Source: a virus. From it: DNA of 64,000 bases. Location of the stretch: IMG/VR virus record IMGVR_UViG_3300045250_000071, one strand, 5' to 3'. Below the pieces are notes generated by a model. That model searched no databases, was not told where the DNA came from, and saw only the letters and a list, made by a program, of their open reading frames with translations. Both the position numbers and the translations under genes were made by a program. Positions 55,724-64,000 of this stretch are shown piece after piece (position 1 is the first letter of the stretch; each line of letters opens with the position of its first letter).

Positions 55724-56445
55724 CTATTGAGTTGTTTTCTGCCTCGCGAGCCAGTTCGCGGCCTTGCGGCGGGAGCGCTCAGCGCGTGCCTCTGCCGCTT
55801 CACGCCACCCGGGCTCGGGCGCCGTGATCGGATCGGGGAGCTTGCTTTTCTTCACGCCGAGGGCCTGCATGATGCCGGTCATGATGCGGTAGCCCTCGTA
55901 GTGAATCGACGTGACCGCGTCGCTGAACGCGGCCGGCCCGCCGTGGGCCCGCCAGAGGCGAGCCCCTGGCGGGAGCTGCTTCACGAGCACCGCGGCTTTG
56001 CGCCACGAGATGCGGCCGCGGTAGAGGTCGAGCAGGTCGATGCCGTACTCGGATTGCAGGTCAGCTTCGATCTCCTCCGGGAACCGCCGCAGCAGGCTCC
56101 GGAGGATTAGGCGTTTCCCTCGCCCATCTCCTGCATGACTTCGGCGGCGAACTCGAGCACCGCTGAGCGCTTGAGCTTGCCGTCGACGCGCAGTGACTTC
56201 TTGATCTCCGCGAGCTGCTCCGGGCTGCTGATCTCGGTGAGGAGCGGGTCAGGGATGCCGCGCTCCATCGCGCTGAGAATGTCGTCGTCGTCGAGGAGTT
56301 CGGGGTTGAACTCGAAATCGAATCCGCGCACCGTGACGTGGATAAGGTCGTCGTTCGCTTCGGCCTTCGCTGCCCGGTCTTCGGGTAACTTGGCGCCGGC
56401 CGCAGCGGCAGCGGTACGGGTGGGGCTCTTTCGGGTGGTGGCCAT
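55724..56445 (-). CDS. Tail assembly chaperone with -1 frameshift (copy 2)
   Basis: Identical to 14762..15483. Confidence 0.85.
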
Positions 56446-56528
56446 GATGCACTCTCCTAGTTCGGTGCACTCTCTGAGGAAGGACCTCGCGGCGCGGGAG
56501 AGTGCACCGCGCCGCGAGGTGGTCAGGG

Positions 56529-57113
56529 TTATACGCTCGGGATGAGCGCCGGAGTGTCGGTGAGGATGCGGAAGCCGCCGAGCACACCGAGCGAGTAGTT
56601 GTACGTCGTCAGCTCCTGCGACTTGAACGCGAGGCTTCCGCGCTGGCCGAGGGTGAGGTGGTCACAGATGAGGCGCCAGCGCGAGCCGGAGCCGCTGGTC
56701 TCGTACAGGTCGACGACGCCGACGAGGTTCTTGACCTTGCGCGACGACGGTGCCTTGATCTCGGCGTAGTCGCCGTCGACGCCGGTGACCTTCGAGACGG
56801 CGGCGTCGAGGTTCCACTTCACGATCTCGAGCTTCGACTCGAGCAGCGCCGCGGTGAGCGTCGTGTCCGACGAGGACATGAATTCCTTGACGACGGCGTT
56901 GCCCTGGTGGCCTCGAATCTTCTCGACCGAGTCCTCGAGGTCGAGCGCAAAGCCGTCCTCTGAGACCCAGCCGCAATCGATGAGGCCGGTGGGGATGTCG
57001 TCGTCGAACTCGAGTTCGGCGAGCGACGCTGCGAGCGATGTGGTGCGTTCGGCAAGGAAGACGGAGTCGTCGTCCGAGCCGAACATCAGAGAGTTGGCGG
57101 TGTTGGTAGCCAT
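56529..57113 (-). CDS. Major tail protein (copy 2)
   Basis: Identical to 15567..16151. Confidence 0.85.
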   Translation of the reverse strand: MATNTANSLMFGSDDDSVFLAERTTSLAASLAELEFDDDIPTGLIDCGWVSEDGFALDLEDSVEKIRGHQGNAVVKEFMSSSDTTLTAALLESKLEIVKWNLDAAVSKVTGVDGDYAEIKAPSSRKVKNLVGVVDLYETSGSGSRWRLICDHLTLGQRGSLAFKSQELTTYNYSLGVLGGFRILTDTPALIPSV

Positions 57114-57125
57114 TGGTGGTGCCTC

Positions 57126-57491
57126 CTAGCGGCATGTGGCGGTGAGCTGATAGGTCGCGACGTACCGGGATTGCCCGGTGTCGGGGTCGGGGTCGTCCAT
57201 CGGTGTGGTTGCGGTGGGGATGGACGACACGGGCGAGGTGCGGTCGGCGGGGAGGGCGAGGATGAGTGCCTCGACGTCGGACGCGAGGTCGGCCGCGCGG
57301 CCGGTGGACTCGGCGTAGCTCGAGATCGTCAGCTGCACGGTTTGGACGATGCGGTTCGAGCGGCCGGGCCCGCCCGTCGCGACGACGCGCACGAACCGCT
57401 TCGTGCCGTCGTCGAGACGCAGCGAAACGACCGGTACGTCGAGCGACTTGAGCGCCGCCATGACGAGCGCTTTCACGTCTGGCGGCTTCAT
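57126..57491 (-). CDS. Tail terminator (copy 2)
   Basis: Identical to 16164..16529. Confidence 0.75.
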   Translation of the reverse strand: MKPPDVKALVMAALKSLDVPVVSLRLDDGTKRFVRVVATGGPGRSNRIVQTVQLTISSYAESTGRAADLASDVEALILALPADRTSPVSSIPTATTPMDDPDPDTGQSRYVATYQLTATCR

Positions 57492-57742
57492 AGGCCCTGC
57501 CCGATGGCGCGTTCGAGAACGTGATCGCGGGCCTGCCGGCGCTTCGCGTCAGCTGTTTCCGCCATCACCGTCGCTCGAGCACGGCCCGCACGCTTTCCGC
57601 CGTCTCCGACGTTCACCTGCGACCCGAACCCATCGCCGGCGCGCTGCGCGACCTTGTCGCCAACGTCGCCGACGAACTTCTGCATCTGCGCCGACTTGAG
57701 GAACCGCTCCATCTCACGGAGATTCGGAGTGAACTTGACCAT
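57488..57742 (-). CDS. Neck protein (copy 2)
   Basis: Identical to 16526..16780. Confidence 0.65.
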   Translation of the reverse strand: MVKFTPNLREMERFLKSAQMQKFVGDVGDKVAQRAGDGFGSQVNVGDGGKRAGRARATVMAETADAKRRQARDHVLERAIGQGL

Positions 57743-58064
57743 GCTGGTGCTCCTCTCCGACGAGGGTGACGGCGAGGCCGAGCGGCCACCGTTGCGGGCG
57801 ACCGTCGACGCGCCACTGCTCACCTTCGATTTCGAGTAGGTCGCCGGCGCGCACGTCCGGCTGTTCGTCCGGCCAGTAGGCCGTTGGTTGCGTCGAGGTC
57901 GACGCAACGCCGGCATCGACCACGAGCGCGGTCGGCACCGGGGCGAACAGACACGGCGAGAGCTCAGCGCGTTCGAGTTCGCCCGCGATGACTTCGCCGT
58001 ACTGGTCCTCGGTGCCCTCGACCGGCCGGAGCCGCGTCACCGGAGTGCGCGCCCAGCCGAACAT
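57714..58064 (-). CDS. Head-to-tail stopper (copy 2)
   Basis: Identical to 16752..17102. Confidence 0.7.
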   Translation of the reverse strand: MFGWARTPVTRLRPVEGTEDQYGEVIAGELERAELSPCLFAPVPTALVVDAGVASTSTQPTAYWPDEQPDVRAGDLLEIEGEQWRVDGRPQRWPLGLAVTLVGEEHQHGQVHSESP

Positions 58065-58450
58065 CAGGAGCCCCCGCCAGTTCGAATGGTGAACGCTCGC
58101 CGAGGAACTCGAGCAGCGAGCAGCCGGCGGTGACGAGCAGACAGGTACACGTCACCGCGAGGGTTCGTGAACTTCTGCGTCGTCTGGAACGGGCCCGCAC
58201 CCTTCTGCACCGAGTCGACCCCGAATGCGTCGCCAACCGGCATGGCGGCGACGACGATCTCGCAGGCGATATCGGCGACGAGCTGCTCGTCGATCTCGCC
58301 GGCGAGAATTCGGGTGTCGATGTCCGTGAATTCACCGCGGATGAGCCGTGACGCTCGCCCGAGCAGTGCCGTGACGTCTTCCGCCGTGAGCTGCTTCATG
58401 GGGAAGCCGTTGGCCTGGTAGTAATTCAGGTCAGCGAGCAGCGCAGGCAT
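58064..58450 (-). CDS. Head-to-tail adaptor (copy 2)
   Basis: Identical to 17102..17488. Confidence 0.75.
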   Translation of the reverse strand: MPALLADLNYYQANGFPMKQLTAEDVTALLGRASRLIRGEFTDIDTRILAGEIDEQLVADIACEIVVAAMPVGDAFGVDSVQKGAGPFQTTQKFTNPRGDVYLSARHRRLLAARVPRRAFTIRTGGGS

Positions 58451-58456
58451 GACAGC

Positions 58457-58789
58457 CTACTTTCGAGTGCGCGTCGACTTGGTCGACGCGTAGGGGCCCG
58501 ACGCCTTGGTCTCGGCGGTCTCGGCGGGCTCGGCCTTCGCCGGGTCCTCAGCTTCGGCCTTCTCGGGCTCCGGCTCTTCAGCTGCGTCAGCCGTCGCGCC
58601 GGAATCAGGCTCGTCGCCAGAGGTGGTGGGCTCATCTGCGTCGGCTTCGACCGGCGCAGGAGCGAGCAGGTGATCGCCGACCGTCGCACCATCGGGCACG
58701 AGATCGCCGGCCTTGAGGTTGAGAGTCGTGAGGTCGTCAAGGTGCACGACGACGATGCCCTCGAGGTCGGTTCGAATGATTGCGCTCAT
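58457..58789 (-). CDS. Small acidic virion protein (copy 2)
   Basis: Identical to 17495..17827. Confidence 0.6.
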   Translation of the reverse strand: MSAIIRTDLEGIVVVHLDDLTTLNLKAGDLVPDGATVGDHLLAPAPVEADADEPTTSGDEPDSGATADAAEEPEPEKAEAEDPAKAEPAETAETKASGPYASTKSTRTRK

Positions 58790-58861
58790 GAGGAGTCTCC
58801 TTGCCTGGGCTCGTGGTGGGCACGACCGGTGAGGGTCGTGCCCACCACCTCCGAGGGGTTG

Positions 58862-59875
58862 CTAGGCCGCGACCGTCGCCTTGAAGCTCAGGTCAGCGTT
58901 GGCGAGCACGGGCAGCGAGATCGCGTCCGAGACGACCTCGGCGATCATCGGCGGCTTATGGCCGCGGTACACGCCCGCGACGATGCCGGGGAGGTCGCCC
59001 TCGAGCGCGAACTCGGGGCTCGACGAGGTGAGCGTCTGACCCCAGAACGTCGCGCCGAGCTCCGAGTCTTCCCACGCGTCAGGCTCGACGGGAGCGGGCA
59101 GCAGGAGCAGCTCGTTCGGGTTGAGCACTGCGCCGGCGGCGGTCTTGCGCGAGTACACCTCGATCGGAGGCAGGCCGTGCGACTCGATCTGGCTGGTGAC
59201 CTCCTCAACGGTGGCGGGACGCTCGCCGCCGCCGATGAGCGTGGTCTTGAACTCGTCGCCAGCGGCGAGGAGTCGCATGATCTTGCGCGAGATCACGATC
59301 GAGCCGGGCGTGACGCCGTTGGTGTCCTCGTAGATGTCCGCCCAGGCCTGCAGGTCGGCGAGGCGCGACACCGACGTGTCGGTCCACAGCGTGCTCGCGG
59401 TCGTGGTGTGCGACACACTGCGGCCGAAGTCGTCCGCGCCGCCGATCTCGGGGATCGTCGCGCGACCGGTCGAGAGCACGATGCCGCGGAGCCGCTCGAT
59501 GCGGTCAGCCACGGCCTGCGCAACGCGACGGGTCGTCGAGAGCGCCTCGGGAAGCACCTGCTCGGTGGCGGCGTCGCGTACGACGAGCTGGTCGTACTCG
59601 GAGATGATTTCGGAGTGTCCGATCGGCGGGAGCTCGATCATGACGCGTCCGCCACCCTGGCCCTTGCCGATGCCGACCTCTGCGTCAAACGCGCGGAATT
59701 CGGCTTCGGCGACGAGGCCGGCCTGGCCCTTGCGGAATCGGACGGAGATGCTCGGCACATCACGGTTCGGGAGGTACCGAGCGAGCGAGTTCTTGCGAGC
59801 CTCGATGTCGGCGAGCGCTTCGCGGATGTAACCGGTCAGCGTGGCGGGCTCGATGAGTTCAGTCCACAGTGGCAT
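58862..59875 (-). CDS. Major capsid protein (copy 2)
   Basis: Identical to 17900..18913. Confidence 0.88.
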   Translation of the reverse strand: MPLWTELIEPATLTGYIREALADIEARKNSLARYLPNRDVPSISVRFRKGQAGLVAEAEFRAFDAEVGIGKGQGGGRVMIELPPIGHSEIISEYDQLVVRDAATEQVLPEALSTTRRVAQAVADRIERLRGIVLSTGRATIPEIGGADDFGRSVSHTTTASTLWTDTSVSRLADLQAWADIYEDTNGVTPGSIVISRKIMRLLAAGDEFKTTLIGGGERPATVEEVTSQIESHGLPPIEVYSRKTAAGAVLNPNELLLLPAPVEPDAWEDSELGATFWGQTLTSSSPEFALEGDLPGIVAGVYRGHKPPMIAEVVSDAISLPVLANADLSFKATVAA

Positions 59876-59889
59876 GAGTCCGGTCCTTC

Positions 59890-60273
59890 CTAGACGAAGA
59901 CGATCGTGGTGTTGTTCTTCGCAGCGGCCGGCGCAGCGAAGTTGGCGTACGGCACGGCAGCGGTCTTGACGCGGCCGTGGTCGAGGACGGGGACGCCGAA
60001 GTCGTTGCTGCCAACGACGCGCTGGTCGGTGAGCAGGAAGCCGGCGAGGACGCCTGCGCCGTCGGTGGTGTCGGTGTCGACGTCGTAGGGGACGACGAGG
60101 CCGTCGACGATGGCGACGGGGGTGCCCGACTTGATGTAGCCGTCGGGGTAGTGGGTTGCGGCGGTGAATGCCGACACGTCGAGGACTTCGGTGCGCGCGT
60201 TGCGGAGGCCGTGCGCGGAACCGAGCCACGTCATGTCGCCGGCACCGTACGTTTCGGTGGTCATGCGAGGCAT
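59890..60273 (-). CDS. Head decoration protein (copy 2)
   Basis: Identical to 18928..19311. Confidence 0.8.
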   Translation of the reverse strand: MPRMTTETYGAGDMTWLGSAHGLRNARTEVLDVSAFTAATHYPDGYIKSGTPVAIVDGLVVPYDVDTDTTDGAGVLAGFLLTDQRVVGSNDFGVPVLDHGRVKTAAVPYANFAAPAAAKNNTTIVFV

Positions 60274-60305
60274 GTGAATGCTCCTTTGAGAGTGGTTTTG
60301 CCTGG

Positions 60306-60797
60306 TCAGGCAGACTTCTTGCGGGTCTTGGAGTACAGGTCTCGGCCTTCGTCGACGGAGCCACCGTTGCGGGGCGGGGTGCGGTCGCCCGAGCCGGGGA
60401 CGACTTCGCTCGTCGTCTTGATCTCGGTCGAGTTCGCGTTTACCCACTCGGTGATTGCGTCGACGTCGGCGCCGTCGGGGCCCTTCATGAACGCGGCTCG
60501 GTCGAAGTTGAGCAGCGCGTTCGCTGAGAGGGCTCGGCCAGCGAGTGCCTTGTCGAATGCGGCATTGACGCGCTCGGTCGCGAGGATGCTGCGCACCTCG
60601 GCGCGACCCTCTTCGCGTGCCTGCTCGAGTGCGTCGCCATCGGTTGTCTGCAGCTGGTCGAACTGCTCGGCCTTGGCCTTGTAGTCGTCGAATCCCTCGT
60701 ACCGCTTGTGCGTTCGAGCGACAGCTGCGTTGATGATTTGGTCGAGCGCTTCCTGCGAGGCAGGAGGAGTGAATTCGCCGCCGTTTTCGTCGGTCAT
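60306..60797 (-). CDS. Scaffolding protein (copy 2)
   Basis: Identical to 19344..19835. Confidence 0.8.
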   Translation of the reverse strand: MTDENGGEFTPPASQEALDQIINAAVARTHKRYEGFDDYKAKAEQFDQLQTTDGDALEQAREEGRAEVRSILATERVNAAFDKALAGRALSANALLNFDRAAFMKGPDGADVDAITEWVNANSTEIKTTSEVVPGSGDRTPPRNGGSVDEGRDLYSKTRKKSA

Positions 60798-60893
60798 GAG
60801 ACTTGTCCTTTCCGTTTTCCGCCCGTCGGCGATACCCCGAAACGCTCGGGTGAACGACCCCGCCAACCGGCGGGTAGCTTGAGAACCCCGCCG

Positions 60894-61631
60894 CTATGCG
60901 GCACGGGCGTAGTTGTCCGGAAACAGCAGTTCCATACGCGCAGCGACGGCAGCGTCGGTCACCGGAGCTCCTTCGGCCTCGAGCTCGGCCCGCGCCGTCA
61001 GATAGCGGTCGTAGAGTTCGTCCGGGTCATAGCCATCGATATGGCTCGTATCGGCGTCCCACTCGGGCACGATCGCGCAGTCACACGAGTCGTGGAACTC
61101 GTTGAACGCCTGCTCGCCGGCCGTTTCACGGGTGTGGTAGACCCAGCCGCGAGACGCGAGCATGTCGCACCAGGCGCACGTCTCAGCGCCACGAGGGACG
61201 CGAGCGAATCGTGGCCGATTCGGGTCACGGTTCACGTTGCGGGCGACAGTGTCGCGCGAGGAGTAGAGCACGTGGCGCTTCATCGCCGCGGCGATCTGCT
61301 CGACCGCGTCGAGTGGCGCGTCTGTCCAGAGCCCGCCGGCCAGCGCGCGGACGCTCCCACGAACTGCTTGCTCGTCGGACACATCACCGAGCACCGCGGT
61401 GTAGCCGGCGCCCGGTCGGATGCTCGCGTACCACTCGGACGCGGCGACCGCGGCGAGGTCGCCATACTCGGAGACGAGCTCCGGCACGATCTCGAGCAGC
61501 GCGTCACGCACGACCTCGGGGCTGGTGAGGTCGAGACGCGACACGAGCGCGAAGAGATCGCGGCGAGCCCAGTCGATGATGCGGTCGTGCGCGGAGCCGA
61601 GCCCCTCGACGTCGTCGCGATTCGTCATCAC
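60894..61631 (-). CDS. Head morphogenesis protein (copy 2)
   Basis: Identical to 19932..20669. Confidence 0.75.
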   Translation of the reverse strand: MMTNRDDVEGLGSAHDRIIDWARRDLFALVSRLDLTSPEVVRDALLEIVPELVSEYGDLAAVAASEWYASIRPGAGYTAVLGDVSDEQAVRGSVRALAGGLWTDAPLDAVEQIAAAMKRHVLYSSRDTVARNVNRDPNRPRFARVPRGAETCAWCDMLASRGWVYHTRETAGEQAFNEFHDSCDCAIVPEWDADTSHIDGYDPDELYDRYLTARAELEAEGAPVTDAAVAARMELLFPDNYARAA

Positions 61632-61793
61632 TTCTCCTCGAGGTCACCGGCCTGTGTCTCGGGCAGTCGCAGCGACACCGGAACGGCGCCGGTGAACTTC
61701 ACGCCCTCGAGTCCGACGCGGCGAGCGGCGGCCGCGGGGTCGACGCCCGCACGGACGGCGACGCCGAGAGCGTCGAACTTCGCCTTCAGCTCG

Positions 61794-63218
61794 TCAGCGG
61801 GGGGTAGTGACGGCGAAGGGCTCGGCTCCGGGCTGCTCGGTGCCGATGTTGGCGCGCAGCTGCTGCAGCACGCCGGAGGCGTTCTTCTTTCGCCGGTCGG
61901 CGAGCAGCTGCTTCGTGAGCTGCTCGCTGAACACCATGCGGAGCATGGTTTCGGACTCAGCGAGCCACGGGAACGCCTGGGTGATCTTGATCGCCCAATC
62001 GGCTTCTGCGGCCTTCGTCTGGGTTGCCGGGTCGCGGAAATCGGAGCGAATGCCCCGCAGGTCCTTGGCCATCGAGGTCGACCACTGGCCGTGGAGTACG
62101 GCGGCGACGTCGCGGGCGAGGTTCGCGCGCGAGTCGCGATACCAGTCAAGCTCGTCTCGGACGATCTCGACGAGGTCGGCCTCGGCCGCGAGGATCGCTT
62201 CTGCCGATGGCGGGTTGTCCTGGACGACCCCGAGGTACGACAGCGGGAGCGACGTCTCCGACGCGACCTGCGTCGCAACCGACTTCAGGTGATCGCTGTG
62301 AGGTTGCATCGACATTTGCGGGAACTGGCCGAGTTCGGCGCGCCGCATCTTCGTGTCTTGCTCTTCCTCGATCGGCACGTCCGGCAGTGCGAGGAAGCCG
62401 CCGATAATGCTCTCCCACGCGGTGAGCACTTTGCCGGCCTCGTCGGTGAAGTCCTGCTGGCGCGCGCCGAGGGCGTAGCGCTGCGGGAACGAATAGAACT
62501 CCGCCGAGACTTCCTGGCGCAGCAGGACGCGGACGCCGATGTCAGTGAGTCCGATGAGCGGGCGGGTCACGCGCGAGCGGCCGAACGGGCGATCGAGGGT
62601 GCGGCCCCACGAGTAGACAGTGCAGGTCACGCGCTGGTGGCCGCGCGTGATGACTTCGGTCGCGATGAACTCGTTGCGGCGCCGTTCGACGTGGATGGCT
62701 TTGCCGGGGACGTAGAGCCACCAGCCGCCATCGACGCGCTCGAGCGCAGCGCGCGTGGCGCCGGTGCGAGGGTCAAGGATGGCGGACGCGTCGAGCGCCG
62801 ACGCTGCGGTGAGCAGCGCCGTCTTCTCGCCGGCGTCGTCAATGCCCTCCGAGGTGAAGATGAACGCACAGCTGTGTTTGAGCGACGACTGGATCGCGAG
62901 CTTCTCGATGGCGGCGGCGCGCGGCGAGGATAGTGCATCCTGCACCTCGGTGAGAAGCGTGGTCTCGTTGCCGATGGTGCTGAACCCGTCGGGGCGGATA
63001 CGGCGTGCAGGGGTGTCGACGGCCTTCGCCGGCCAGCCGAGCACGGTCGCGAAGTCGCGCATGTTCGGTGGCACGGAGATGCCGAGCTGCGTGACGTTCT
63101 GGTGCGCGTCGTAAAGGCGCGTGCGCAGGTGGTTCCGGCGGCGCTTCTCGGCAATGGTGTGGAGGAGACGTCGGAACGTCTTGAGCTCGTCGCCCGTGAG
63201 GGCATTCGCGAGCGCCAT
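61794..63218 (-). CDS. Portal protein (copy 2)
   Basis: Identical to 20832..22256. Confidence 0.9.
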   Translation of the reverse strand: MALANALTGDELKTFRRLLHTIAEKRRRNHLRTRLYDAHQNVTQLGISVPPNMRDFATVLGWPAKAVDTPARRIRPDGFSTIGNETTLLTEVQDALSSPRAAAIEKLAIQSSLKHSCAFIFTSEGIDDAGEKTALLTAASALDASAILDPRTGATRAALERVDGGWWLYVPGKAIHVERRRNEFIATEVITRGHQRVTCTVYSWGRTLDRPFGRSRVTRPLIGLTDIGVRVLLRQEVSAEFYSFPQRYALGARQQDFTDEAGKVLTAWESIIGGFLALPDVPIEEEQDTKMRRAELGQFPQMSMQPHSDHLKSVATQVASETSLPLSYLGVVQDNPPSAEAILAAEADLVEIVRDELDWYRDSRANLARDVAAVLHGQWSTSMAKDLRGIRSDFRDPATQTKAAEADWAIKITQAFPWLAESETMLRMVFSEQLTKQLLADRRKKNASGVLQQLRANIGTEQPGAEPFAVTTPR

Positions 63219-63221
63219 CAG

Positions 63222-64000
63222 CTACCTCCTACTGGCGGATCGTCGTGATCTCGACTTGGCGCCAGGTACGCGGCGCGTTGTTTTGGCAGCCCAGTGGGCG
63301 AACGAAATTGCTTCGACGGGGGTTTCGTCACCGTCGGGAGTGGTGGAGTACCAGCCCCAGGAGCCGTTCTTGCCGCGGAACATGCGGTCGGTAATGGCGA
63401 TGGATCGTTCGAGTTCGTCATCGTCGTCGGCGACGGGGTGCGTCGCCGTTTCCGAGGTGATCGCTTCGACGAGCAGTGGGCCCGAGGCGAAGTATTCGAT
63501 CGAGTTCATCTCGTGGATGAACAGCTCGGGCACGCCTTCTTCGATGAGTGCTTGCTTGAGGGCAGCTGCGCCGGCTTTGCCGCAAATTGCGATCATCGCG
63601 GTGTTCTTCCACCGTTCGGCGAGCCAGCGCGCGAGCGGCCGCACGCCCTCGTCCATCGGCCCGGAGTACGTGCCGATGAGCTCGAGGTGGATACCGGCCG
63701 CGTGCTTGAGCGAGCCGGCGACCGATTGGCGCATGCCGTCGCGTGAGAACGCGACGCCGAACGAGCGAACGCCCTCGGCGGCGACGTGGTCGACGGCCGT
63801 TGCCTGCCACCGCTCTTTGCTGATGTGGCGGGTGCCGGTGCCTTCTTCGTCCCAGATGCCGAGACCGTCTCTGCGGAACGCGGCCGGGTCGTTGAGTTGA
63901 TCGCGCATGCGCAGAATCGACTCTTCTGGCGTGCGACCGGGGTACGAGGGGTTGGCCTTGCGCCACTGCGCACGATCGTCGAGGTCGGCGTTCGAGTCGG
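63222..64000 (-). CDS. terL: Terminase large subunit, 3' part (copy 2, cut by window edge)
   Basis: Identical to 3' part of 22260..23777. Confidence 0.9.
   Translation of the reverse strand, partial: DSNADLDDRAQWRKANPSYPGRTPEESILRMRDQLNDPAAFRRDGLGIWDEEGTGTRHISKERWQATAVDHVAAEGVRSFGVAFSRDGMRQSVAGSLKHAAGIHLELIGTYSGPMDEGVRPLARWLAERWKNTAMIAICGKAGAAALKQALIEEGVPELFIHEMNSIEYFASGPLLVEAITSETATHPVADDDDELERSIAITDRMFRGKNGSWGWYSTTPDGDETPVEAISFAHWAAKTTRRVPGAKSRSRRSASRR

Larger units (their letters stand above)
40963..64000. repeat. Direct head-to-tail repeat of bases 1-23038 (second, partial genome copy)
   Basis: ORF track repeats with constant offset 40,962 and identical translations (e.g. 5066..7996 = 46028..48958; 20832..22256 = 61794..63218). 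Confidence 0.97.

Noticed and set aside
40963..64000. Long terminal repeat or gene-family duplication
   Set aside because: The repeat runs to both window edges at genome-length period, so it is a whole-genome concatemer

Overview
The window holds about 1.56 head-to-tail copies of one 40,962-bp high-GC temperate siphovirus genome of actinobacteriophage type; a Microbacteriaceae-like host is only a guess. Bases 1-23038 recur at 40963-64000, no host genes are present and attP is intact, so this is a concatemer or a circular-genome assembly, or an internal copy of a tandem prophage. Almost all genes are on the minus strand: HNH, cos-like region, Zn-finger/primpol, TerS, TerL, portal, head, neck and tail genes (chaperone with a -1 frameshift), tape measure, minor tail genes, lysis cassette, then a long accessory tail-fibre operon. 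A replication/early arm carries SSB, NrdH, DnaB, a helicase loader, an HTH initiator with iterons, HNH and DUF2303. The immunity module (Cro / repressor / tyrosine integrase / lipoprotein) has a tRNA-Arg-derived attP core inside the repressor gene, as in integration-dependent immunity. The most unusual element is contiguous at 39865-44106. A short coiled-coil fibre 'adaptor' is followed by nine translationally coupled stand-alone receptor-binding-like head domains of at least two folds, plus a 22-aa mini-ORF. Eight heads and the mini-ORF begin with the same M-x(0-2)-W-x(1-2)-[KR] peptide. That peptide looks like the missing last beta-strand of the adaptor's truncated C-terminal module, which suggests a plug-in, protein-level receptor-diversification system with no invertase or reverse transcriptase.
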